Below are positions 49,163 through 60,474 of a stretch of DNA of 64,000 nucleotides, in pieces. The notes under the pieces are model-generated. The model was not told the DNA's origin and searched no databases. It worked only from the letters and a program-made list of their open reading frames with translations. Source of the stretch: Mobula hypostoma (taxonomy: Eukaryota); the NCBI RefSeq assembly GCF_963921235.1, contig NC_086098.1, positions 1,302,001 to 1,366,000 of the forward strand, written 5' to 3'. The translations under genes and the position numbers were made by a program. Each line of letters begins with the position of its first letter. Position 1 is the first letter of the stretch.

Positions 49163-50400
49163 ATGAACAAACAACTTGATTTGAATGAAGAAGTCAGAGA
49201 GTTGCATGGTAGGTATGAGGAAACCAAGGCAACTATAGATAAATTAAGCAAAAGATCCTATGTGTATGTTGCAAACAAAAGACACATTGCTTCATTTACG
49301 GGTAATGTTGAGAAAGAAGGGAGGTCTGTTGATGAACATATTGAAGAAGTTGAATGTGTGCTTTGTCCTAGGAATCAGTCTGACTAGGATCAGTAAGAGT
49401 TTCTTATAAAACCATAAGACACAGGAGCAGAATTAGGCCATTTGGCCCATTGAGTCTGCTTTGCCATTTAATCAAGGCTGATCCTTTCTTCCCTTCTCAA
49501 CCCCATTCCCCAGTCTTCTCCCCATAACCTTTGATGGCATGTCCAATCAAGAACCTATACACCCTTAATATACCCAATGACACTCTACCTTAATACACCA
49601 ACTGACATACACCCAATGACCTGGCCTCCACAGCTGCATACAAATTCCACAAATTCACCGACCTCTGGCTAAAGAAATTTTCTCCACATCTCTGTTTTAA
49701 TTGGACACCCCTCTATTCAGAGGCTGTGCCCTCCTGTCCTAGACTCCCCCACCATGGGAAACATTCTTTCCACATCAACTCTGTCGTGGCTTTTCAACAT
49801 TTGAAAGGTTTCCATGAGATCCCTCCTCATCCTTCTGAATTCCAGCGAGTACAGATCCAGAGCCATCAAATGTTCCTTCTGTGATAACCCTTTCATTCCC
49901 AGAATCATTCTTGTGAATGTCCTCTGAACCGTCTCCAATGCCAGCACATCTTTTTTGGGTCCCCCCAGTACTCCAACATCTGGCATGAAGAACACAGAAT
50001 GGCAATTTGCTACACTAAGTACAGGAAGAGAGGGAACCTTAACAGAAGCTTACCCAGCGCCAACACTCTTTGAGCTGAAGCCTCTTTTGCGCCAAAGCCT
50101 GACATTCCTACTCTCACCACTGGCCCACTCCCAATAATGGCCGGCCTGTTATGTCACTACGCGTGGTGCAGCCCTAGAAGAAGCACCTGTGCGCAGTGAT
50201 GCTGAGGAAGACCAGGTTGTTGACCTGTTAACCTATCTCAGGGAAGTTTTTAGAGACAAGTGTACTGCACCCCAGCTGTTGCGTAGCTTCTAGAGTCACA
50301 AGCAGCATGAAGCTGAAGACATAAGAGAGTTCTCACAGGCTGTAGCCTAACCCCTTAACTTGTGACTGAAGTGTACCCCTGCAGTAGAGAGGATGAGGAC
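49163..50400 (+). pseudogene. Gypsy gag (PNMA-like capsid) remnant, split by CR1 at 49410-50145
   Basis: YVYVANKRHIASFTG...SVDEHIEEVECVL; LRGAALEE; LTYLREVF...PQLLRSF*SHKQ...EDIREFSQA. Confidence 0.7.
49410..50145 (-). mobile_element. CR1 3' end joined to a CR1-like 5'UTR piece
   Basis: ORF 49717..49995; 50040-50145 resembles the CR1 5'UTR at 7190-7290. Confidence 0.75.
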
Positions 50401-51185
50401 GTGTTGTTCACTGCTGGCTGGCTTCGGTTAACAGCTAAGGCTTATGTCTGATATTCCTTACCATGGGTATCTAGAGCTAGAGGTTTAAACGACGGGCATG
50501 AAGATACCCAACTGAGGCTTTTACAGTAGTCAGGGATTCTGTTATAATTGACCAACCCGTCACATGCATTGCAGGTATGAACATCATAAGCCATTATAAC
50601 CTGGTCTCACCTATCGCAGGGAGATGCAGAACTGCTGTGTATTCTGTTTCACCAAGACCTGGCTCTCCCCTGCCACCCCTGACTGTGCCAACTGACCGGA
50701 GAGATTTTCGATCCATCAGATGGACCACGGCGTCTTTGGGCAAGACGAGGGGAGGTGGTGTCTGCCTACTGATCAACACTGGGTGGTGCTCAGACACAGT
50801 GGCACTGACAAGCTCCTGCCGCCTGGACCTGGAACACCTGTCAGTGAAGTGTCGTCCCTACTATCTGCCACGGGAATTCACCTCGGTCATACTGACAGTG
50901 GTCTACGTTTCCCCCCCAGGTGGACGTGGAGTGTGCTCTGAACATACTGTATGCCAACATCAGTGAACTTGAGACCAGGTATCCGGAGGCTTTGCTCATT
51001 ACAGCAGGGACTTTAACCAGGCCAACCTCGGAAAGGCGCTGCCAAAGTTATACCAACATGTCTCCAGCCCCACTAGAGGCCTGAATATACTTGAGGGTGC
51101 CTACTGTTCTGTCCCATGACCTCACTTCGGAAAATCGGACCATCAGGCTGTACTCTTCCTCTCGGCTTACAAACAGAAACTGAAG

Positions 51186-51605
51186 CTTCTCCATGAATTG
51201 TCACCTTGTCGTGGTGGAGAAGCTTGTGTGGTCCTGTGATCCCGAGAGCAATGCCATCTGGAGCTATGCTCCTGGTAGGGTCACCCATGGCGGTAAGGTC
51301 GAGGGTGAGGTCCTTGATAAAGAACAATCCAGCCAAGACCTCAACGGTGGAACAGGCGGACGAAGTTACTTCGAACTCAATGGCTGTGAAGGCGGATGAA
51401 GGCTGCAACAAATCCATCAGCTCCAATCGTCGTGGTTTCCATGCCATTGGAATCATTTGGTTGATTTGTGAAGTATCGTGTGCTTCTTGAAGTGAAACAT
51501 CAAGTACACGTTAGACAAATACACGCACAGGCGTCTTCACTCTGTGGGCCACTTCTTCAGAACAAAGACCATCATCCTTGACCTCGAGGGATAGCCACAA
51601 TGACG
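51186..51605 (+). mobile_element. Non-autonomous RTE-like element, 17-bp TSD
   Basis: TSD ACAAACAGAAACTGAAG at 51169-51185 and 51606-51622; head caccttgtcgtggtgg...gagctatg...tagggtcacccatggc resembles RTE/BovB 5'UTRs; tgacgac end. Confidence 0.75.
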
Positions 51606-51834
51606 ACAAACAGAAACTGAAGTGGGAGGTCACAGTGTCAAAAGTCGTGTTGCGTTGGATGGAGGAAACGGATGAGGTCCTCTGTGACTGCTTTGAATCG
51701 GTGGACTGGTTAGTAGTTAAGGGCTCGGCAGCTAACCTCGATGAGTATGCCTCAGCTGCCACAGACTTTATCTGGAAATGCACAGAGGACTGTGTGTCTC
51801 GCAAGACGATCTGGGTATTCCCTAACCAGAAACC

Positions 51835-52972
51835 ATATAACCATATAACAATTACAGCACGGAAACAGGCCATCTCGGCCCTTCTAGTCCGTGCCGAACT
51901 CCTTATCTCACTTAGTCCCACCGACCTGCACTCAGTCCATAACCCTCCATTCCCTTCCTGTCCATATATCTATCCAATTTAACTTTAAACGACAACATCG
52001 AACCTGCCTCAACCACTTCTGCTGGAAGCTCATTCCACACAGCTACCACTCTCTGAGTAAAGAGGTTCCCCCTCATGTTACCCCTAAACCTTTGCCCTTT
52101 AACTCTCAAATCATGTCCTCTTGTTTGAATCTCCCCCACTCTCAATGGAAAAGTCTATCCACGTCAACTCTATCAATCCCCCTCATAATTTTAAACACCT
52201 CTATCAAGTCCCCTCTCAACCTTCTATGCTCCAAAGAATAAAGACCTAACTTGTTCAACCTTTCTCTGTAACTTAAGAGATGAAACCCAGGCAACGTTTT
52301 CGTAAAACTCCTGTGTACTCTCTCAATTTTATTGACATCTTTCCTATAATTCGGTGACCAGAACTGTACACAATACTCCAAAACGTAAACACGAGAAATT
52401 CTGCAGATGCTGGAAATTCAGGCAACACACATCTAAGTTGCTGGTGAACGCAGCAGGCCAGGCAGCATCTCTAGGAAGAGGTACAGGTGACATTTCGGGC
52501 CGAGACCCTTCGACAGGACGAAGGGTCTCGGCCCGAAATGTCAACTGTACCTCTTCCTAGAGATGCTGTCTGGCCTGCTGTGTTCACCAGCAACTTTGAT
52601 GTGTGTTACAATACTCCAAATTTGGCCTTACCAATGCCTTACACAATTTCAACATTACATCCTAACTCTTATACTCAATGCTCTGATTAATAAAGGCCAG
52701 CATACCAAAAGCTTTCTTCACCACCCTATCCACATGAGATTCCACCTTCAGGGAACTATGCACCATTATTCCTAGATCCCTCTGTTCTACAGCATTCTTC
52801 AATGCCCTACCATTTACCATGTATGTCCTATTTTGATTAGTCCTATCAAAATGTAGCACCTCACATTTTTCAGCATTAAACTCCATCTGCCATCTTTCAT
52901 CCCACTCTTCTAACTGGCCTAAATCTCTCTGCAAGCTTTGAAAACCTACTTCATTATCCACAACGCCACCTA
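51835..52972 (-). mobile_element. CR1 3' end (~1.1 kb)
   Basis: (aaccatat)n tail; ORFs 51912..52145, 52142..52381, 52662..52988. Confidence 0.9.
52383..52607. mobile_element. Palindromic mini Penelope-like element, 13-bp TSD
   Basis: TSD ACAATACTCCAAA at 52370-52382 and 52608-52620; arms 52424-52512 and 52519-52607; unpaired tail 52383-52423. Confidence 0.9.
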
Positions 52973-52974
52973 GA

Positions 52975-54197
52975 GTTACAAAATACACATGGACTAAGAC
53001 GTTAACTGTCCTGTGCTATCACCAATGGGATCATCAGTTGATCTGTCACCTGTCTTCAGGAGTTTCGGCCTGCTTATGATCAAGACTTCTTCGAGGTGGT
53101 GGGCCAGTTGTGCTAAAGCACCACCTCCCACTGGTGGGCTTAAAAACTTGGCATCTCCCTCTATCAGATTTGTTGGGCACTTCCGTCCAACAGATAGTCT
53201 GCTCTTCAGGTGTCTATGCAACTACTGAAGGGTTTGCAAGATATGTATGCACTGTCTGACTATCTGCCCCTCTGGACATACTTGGTCCACACCCATGCTG
53301 ATCCTTTCTCTGCTGCCTCAGCCACAGCCCTGCTGGTTGACTTAATCTCTCTTCTAGTGAAGCCAAGGTCACGCAGCCACTTCTGGAGAGTGAATGCAAT
53401 AAACCCACGGCAGCCTACTTCGAATGGATAGCATGAGACCTTCCACCCTCTGTCTCTGCACTCTGATCTTAATTCTGCAGACTTGGTTAACTTGCGCTCA
53501 TGGGCTTCATCGATGTTGTCTTCCCAGGGGACTGTGAGTTCACCAATAGCCACTTCTCTACTGGTGTCAGACCATACGATTATATCTGGACGCAATGTTG
53601 TAAAAGCTATTTGCTCTGGGAAACTGCCTTTCCCATCCAGGTCAGCCTTGACACACCAATCATTGGCTGAAGAAAGTATGCTTGATCGTGAGCCTGCGCT
53701 GTACACCCTTGACTTGGAGCCTTCTTTCACAAATGATATGTGATGTTCTGTGCAGCATGGGGCATGAGGTAAGTTGTGCTGCAGTATTCTCTGCTCAACC
53801 GCTTCTGTTACAACTTTGAGAACGTTGTTATGTCTCCAAGTGTACATGCCACTGGAAAGATTGACTCTGCATGCACTCAAAATATGTTGAAGTGTTCCCC
53901 TCTCACCACAAGCAGCACACCTGTCTGTCTTATCTTCATACCAGGTGCTGAGGTTGGCAGGTGTTGGGAGCAGATCGTACGCTGCTCTGCATAGAAAAGA
54001 AATGTGGAGCGGTTCCATCTGCCACAGAACATTCCAAGATAGGTGTCCTTGTTCAACACTTTCCCACCGGGTCCAAGCCCCTTGTCTGGCCAGGCCAGCT
54101 GTTTTAGCTAACCTCTTCTCCTCTTCTACCTCTCGTATTTCTTGCGTTACAAGCTCACGGCGCTGCTTACCTGTAGAAGATGACCACCACTTGTGGG
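52975..54197 (-). mobile_element. R2-group (HERO-like) non-LTR retrotransposon 3' part: CCHC knuckle, restriction-like endonuclease, 3'UTR
   Basis: ORF 53260..54234: WQMEPLHISFLCRAAYDLLPTPANL, CAACGERGTLQHILSAC, WRHNNVL, LRPDIIVW, ELTVPWE, PFEVGCRG. Confidence 0.85.
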
Positions 54198-56219
54198 TTG
54201 TCCATCCAAGTATCAATCCATGCTCTAAGCTCATCCACCTTTCTTACAAACCTTGGATGAATTATGAGGTCAAGTCCCTTTTGAAGGCTAGAGCTGTGGC
54301 TTTTAGGTCCAAGGATACCAATCGCTACACGGAATCCAGGCGTGAACTCTGGAAAGCCATTAAGGACACCAAGAGGCAATATCGAGCCAAGTTGGAAGCC
54401 CAGCCTGATCAGAGGGATGCCGGTAGACTATGGCAGAGTCTAAATGAGATCACTGGGCACAAAGAAAAGGCTGGGAATATCAACAACTGTAGCGCTTCTC
54501 TTCCTGACGAACTTAACGTACTCTATGCAAGATTCGAACAGAAGAGGCGCATCCCGCTCCCTCCTCCCTCCGGATGAACCGGACCTGGTGGCATTGAGAT
54601 TCATCGTCACCGAGGAGGACGTTAGAAGGGCCTTCCTGAAGATAAATCCAAGGAAGGCGACAGGCCCAGATGGCGTCTCAGGACGGGTTCTCTGGGCCTG
54701 TGCAAGCGAGCTAGCTGGAGTGTTTGCTGACATCTTCAACTGCTCCTTGCTTCAGTCTAAGATCCCCTTATGTTTTAAGAAGGCAACGATAATCTCGGTG
54801 CCGAAGAAGAGCAAGGTGGCATGCCTGAATGACTATAGACCTGTGGCTCTGATACCAATTGCTATGAAGTGCTTTGAGCGATTGGTTATGGCACACGTCA
54901 ACCACAGCCTACCGGTCAACCTCGACGCTTTATAATTCGCCTACCAGAGCAACAGGTCAACAGCAGATGCGATCTCTCTGGCCCTACATTCCTCCTTAGA
55001 ACACCTGGAGAATAAAGACGCATATGTAAGTCTCCTTTTCATTGACTACAGCTCTGCCTTTAATACCATCATTCCAAATAAACTGATTCCCAAGCTCAGG
55101 AACCTGGCCCTTAGCACTCAGATCTGCAGCTGGATCTTCAACTTCCTCACAGACAGGACCCAGGCTGTAAAAATAGGGGACAAGCTCTCCTCTACAATCA
55201 CTCTGAGCACCGGTGCCCCACAAGGCTGTGTACTCAGCCCCCTGCTGTACTCACTGTACACCCATGATTGTGTAGCCAAGTTTCCATCAAACTCAATATA
55301 TAAGTTTGCTGATGATACCACAATTGTAGGCCGTATCTCAGGTAATGATGAGTTTGAGTACAGAAAGGAAGTTAAGAACCTGGTGGCATGATGCGAAGAC
55401 AATAACCTATCCCTCAATGTCAGCAAGACGAAGGAATTGGTTGTTGACTTCAGAAGGAATAGCGGACCGCAGGACTCCATTTACATCGGTGGTGCGCAAG
55501 TGGAACAGATCAAAATCTTTTAAGTTTCTCAGGGTCACTATCACAAGTGACCTGACTTGGTCCAACCAAGCAGAGTCCACTGCCAAGAAGGCCCACCAGA
55601 ACCTTTACTTCCTGAGAAAGCTAAAGAAATTTGGCCTGTCAGCTAAAGAAATTTGGCCTGTCCCCTAAAACTCTCGATAATTTTTATAGATGCACCGTAG
55701 AAAGCATTCTTCTAGGGTGCACCACAACCTGGTATGGAAGTTGTCCTGTCCAAGACTGGAAGAAGCTGCATAAGATCATGAACACAGCCCAGCACATCAC
55801 ACAAACCAATCTTCCGTCCTTGGACTCACTTTACACCGCACGCTGTCGGAGCAGTGCTGCCAGGATAATCAAGGACAAGACCCACCCAGCCAACACACTT
55901 TTCGTCCCTCTTCCCTCCGGGAGAAGGCTCAGGAGCTTGAAGACTTGTACGGGCAGATTTGGGAACAGCTTCTTTCCAACTGTGATAAGACCGCTGAACG
56001 GATCCTGACCCGGATCTGGGCCGTACCCTCCAAATATCCAGACCTGCCTCTCGGTTTTTTGCACTACCTTAATTTCCCTTTTCTATTTTCTATTTATGAT
56101 TTATAATTTAAATTTTTACTATTTATTATCGATTTGTACTCCAGGGAGAGCGAAGCGCAGAATCAAATATCACCGTGATAATTGTATGCTCTAGTATCAA
56201 TAGACAATAAAGTAAAGTA

Positions 56220-58760
56220 GACGACTTGTCAGTGCAGAATTGGACACCACGAGAAGAAAGGTTGGATTCTGACTGGAGAGATGTTTTCCAGAAAATGAGG
56301 ACGTGGACTACTGAAAAGAAAGCCATGGTATGAGTATTGAGAAGAGATACTGAGCACAAACCTGCTGAATCTGTAGTAATCATTGTGGCTAGGTGGGCCA
56401 CTGGAGATGTTGATACTGATCCTAAGTGTGTGGAATGGGCTGCCAGCGAGTGTGGTGGAGGCGGATACAATAGGGTCTTTTAAAAGATTCCTGGATAGGT
56501 ACATGGAGCCTAGAAAAATAGAGAGCTATGGGTAACCCTCGGTAATTTCTAAAGTAAGTACATGTTCGGCACAGCATTGTACTGTAGGTTTTCTATATTT
56601 CTATAAGATGTTACTTGAGCCACTAAACACCCCTCTACCGAGTGGTCTTGTAGTTACCCCATGCTAGTTGACTCAAGTAGTCATATGGTACCAGTACAGG
56701 TTTCAAATCTCTCGAGAAGATGTATAGCTCTTGCCTCGGACCCAGCTGGGTATCCTGTCAAAAGTAGAGTGTGTAGATAGGGATCAGCAATGTGCTGTAA
56801 GATTTTGGCAGATCTCAGCTGGCATTGAACAAGTGACATTTGGTGTAAAGGAGAAGTGTAGTAACCACAAGTAAAAGTCAATTCTAGACAAGCTCCACAT
56901 TGGGAGTAGTGAAGAACAACAGGCTCAGCTAAGAGCTTTGACGGCTCAGTGCCTGGATATCTTTGCAGTTGAAGGTGAAAGTAAAACACGAAATTCAGTT
57001 AATTGATGACAAACCTGTTTCACAGCAATATCTTCATGTTCCACCCAATCAGTATCATGAGGACCATAGGACATAGGTGCCCGAATTAGGCCATTCAATC
57101 ATGGCTGATCCATTTTTTCCCCTCAGACCCACTCCCCAGCTTCACCTTGTAACCTTTGATGCTGTGTTCAGTCAAGAACCTATCAATCTCTGCCTTAAAT
57201 ACACCCAACGACCTGGCCTCCACAGCTTTCTGTGGTAACAAATTCCACAAATTTGACTAAAGAAATTTCTCCGCATCTCTGTTCTTCTATCCTGAAGTTG
57301 TGTCCTGTTGTCCTAGACTCCCCCACTCCGGGAAACATCCTTCCACATCTACTCCAACTAGGCCTTTCAACATTCGAAAGGTTTCAATGAGTTCCCCCCG
57401 CCCCCCCCCCCCATCCATCAAATGTTCCTGGAATCATCCTTGTGAACCTCCTCTGGACCCTCTCCAATGCCAGCACATCTTTTCTGAGATGAGGGGGCTA
57501 AAACTGTTCACAATACTCAAGGTGAGGCCTCTCCAGTGCCTTATAAAGCCTCAGCATCACATTCTTGCTGTTGCATTCTAGATCTGTCAAAATGAATGCT
57601 AACACCGTACTGACTCAGCCAGCAAGTTAACCTTTAGAGTGTTCTGCACAGGAATTCCCAAGTCCTTTTGCCTCTCAGATTTTTGGATCATCTCCCTGTT
57701 TAGAAAATAGTCTGCACAGTTATTTCTACTACCAAAGTGCATGACCATGCATCTTCCAACATTGTATTTCATTTGCCACTTTCTTGCCCATTCTTTGAAT
57801 CTGTCTTACCTCCTTGTGTAGCTTACCTGCTTCCAAAACACAACCTGCCCCTCCAACAACCTTCGTATCATTTGCAAAGTTGAAAAGATCTAAATCATTG
57901 ACCCAGAGCATAAAAAGAAGTGGTCCCAACAGTGACGCCTGAAGAGAAAGAGCACAGCTCCAGGTTGTTGAAGAAGGGGGTTATTCCGAAGAGCAATAGT
58001 GCCTCGCCTGTGGTGTTGGTACAAAAGGCTGATGGTATCATAAGACTATGTGTAGATTATTGGAGACTGAATCTCAAGACCAAAGAGGATGTGTCCCATG
58101 CTCACGTATTGATGCCCTGTAGGGAGCGCCATTTTTCTCGACATTAGACCTTAAGGAGTGGTTACCACTAAGTGGTAGTAGAGGAGTGCGATCGGCATAA
58201 GAATGCTTTTGTGACCCTGTTGGGTCTATCTGAATACCTTTGCATGCCATTTGGGACTTGTAATGGGTCAGTGACTTTTTGCAGACTCATGCTGGCAACC
58301 ATGAATGACTCAGTCCTCCAAGTTTTGCTTGTCTACCGGTATGATATTCTGGTGTATTCTCAGACTTTCCAGGAACACAGGAGAGGCTTGACATTGTGCT
58401 TCAGTGACTCAAGAGATGGGATGCTCTGCAGGGGCAAGAACAGTCCGTGGCAGAAAATAGGACAGGTTAACCATACACCAGAAATGACAGAGCGATGCTC
58501 ATGCCAGAGCAAAAGAATACTCTGAACAGAAGTTGCAGAGGCATTGTCTTCCAGGACAATGAAAATAATTGTCTTAAGATTGGTGTAAATGCACTGGTTT
58601 ACCTCAGGAATAGGCCATTGGGCCGGAATGAGATCCAGGATGCTTGGCAATCAACAGTCTACAGGCTGGTGGCGGTACTGGACAATACATCCTCGGAGGG
58701 ATGGCCTATCAAGAGGGTGAACAGGATCGACATCAGGCCTGTGGGAACCCTTCCACTCCA
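56220..58760 (+). pseudogene. Gypsy gag end, pol RT and integrase C-terminus remnants (RNase H and integrase core missing); CR1 inserts at 56425-56605 (+) and 57061-57935 (-)
   Basis: VKHEIQLIDDKPV; SPVVLVQKADGIIRLCVDYWRLN; MPFG; VYRYDILVYS (decayed YLDD); VYLRNRPLGRNEIQDAW. Confidence 0.85.
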
Positions 58761-59185
58761 GTTTCTCCAAGGAGACTGCAAACTCCTGGAATTCAGGCTA
58801 GCCTTCCGATGGGACATTAATCAAATTCTGAGGATTCAGAGAATGGTGTGATACTGGTAGGTGATGTGTCAGAAGTGGGTGTACAGAATCTTGACCCTAG
58901 CCTTGACAGCATATCTTCTGGAAATGAGACTATAGGGCCTGTTTGCTGATACAGGGTCAGATGTTGATTGTCCTCCTGTTGCAGTACCCCACAGGAGTAA
59001 AGAAGTAAGTGCTGGACAGCACTCTAACCCACATCATGAACCAGGGTCGGTTCTAGATGTGGCCTCAGTGTCAGAGATACTGGCAAGTCCAATTTTACTT
59101 ATCTTCAGAGAAGCAGTTAAGGAGGTTAAAAGTATCTTTGCAGTGAGCGAGTAGTCAAGGGTGCTTACCTGCATGCAGGGGAAAA

Positions 59186-59928
59186 TGGAACCAGGTGACA
59201 TATTTGTTATTTTTTATTGTCAAAGTGAATTTATGTATTCACCCTGGTAATGCTAAAATTGCTGCCTGTGCCTTTAAGTGAAAAAGGTGATGTCATTATG
59301 CACATGTGGAGCAGAACTAAGAGTTGCAATGTTCTGGAAGGACAAACATTGAGTGCTGGGAGCTGGTTTTCAAAGGTATGGTGAGGAAAGGTCAATAGTA
59401 TTTGATAATATCCAAGTAAATTAATTTGTAAATCTAGAATATCGGTAAATTGACATATTTTACATGTGGATGCTTTAGATTATCGCAAATAAGGCATGGG
59501 CGCTGGATAGCGTGGTTGTGCAAAGTTCCTTATTTGCCTAGTAAGTTAGTTTTTCATGTATTTTAACTACAAGGTGATACGTTGTAAGTTGTTAGATTAT
59601 TTTTGTCTTACTTTATTGTTGCATGACTGAATGTGAATAAAACGGATAATGTAAATGTGTTAATCTCTGTTCACATAGCGTGAGCGAGGAGAACTCATTT
59701 CAGGGTCTTTTCTGTATGTGTCTGGAAATTAAGCACGTGTGTGCCAATGTGAGCATACCTCTTAGATAAGATGAAATATATTTATTTACATTGTTTATAT
59801 GTATAAGGTACAAGGTTATTGGGATTCTAATGTTGTTTGTATTGTGTCTTTAGAGTTGCCACTACTGTATTGGTTTGTATATTTTATTTATTTTCATACT
59901 GCATACATAAAGTTGCTGTTATGTGTGG
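59186..59928 (+). repeat. 3' LTR (3' end truncated)
   Basis: Starts with TG after the PPT; aligns to 47921-48670. Confidence 0.85.
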
Positions 59929-60040
59929 ACCAGTCTCACATTGAAATTAAATTAAAGCAGTGTCTCAGAGTAAAATTAAATCAAACCAGGTCCTTAGAGT
60001 TAGATTAATCCAGAGTCTCGGAGTGATATTAAGTTAACCT
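59929..60040 (+). repeat. 29-bp satellite
   Basis: Degenerate monomers. Confidence 0.75.
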
Positions 60041-60044
60041 AGAG

Positions 60045-60436
60045 CAGGCTTTCTCAACCATTTTGCCCTGGTGGAACCTATGAAATAATTTTCAGGTCTC
60101 AGGGAACCCCTGCGTAAAAATTATTATATCTGCAGCTCACGGTACGTTAGCATGATAAATAAGTTGTAGATATTTAATCCAAAAATAATTGTCAATTCTC
60201 TTTTGAGTAGAGAATGAAATTTTAACCAACCTTTCTTGAAAACAAAACAGTTAAACTCAGTTTACCTTTCTTGAAATTACTCTTTCTTTCTCTTTCATAA
60301 ATTTTTAAAACTCAAGGCAAACATAAATTTCTGAACTCCGGTTCGAACTTGAGATAAGCACACATGAATTTTGCCTAAAAATTGAAATGACACTATTTGT
60401 GATGAACCCTAAGTTTCAGTTGCTGTGGACTGTCAC

Positions 60437-60474
<38 letters not shown>

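Larger units (their letters stand above)
50402..56219 (+). mobile_element. Near full-length Rex1/Babar-type LINE (APE endonuclease and RT), disrupted
   Basis: [56 protein letters not shown]; (TAAAG)n tail; interrupts gag. Confidence 0.9.
47921..59928 (+). mobile_element. Decayed Gypsy LTR retrotransposon carrying nested insertions
   Basis: 5' LTR ~47921-48829 and 3' LTR 59186-~59928 align; PBS; PPT gcaggggaaaa; gag, RT and integrase remnants. Confidence 0.9.

Noticed and set aside
55619..55662. 22-bp tandem duplication AGCTAAAGAAATTTGGCCTGTC
   Set aside because: Ordinary slippage mutation that frameshifts the Rex1 ORF
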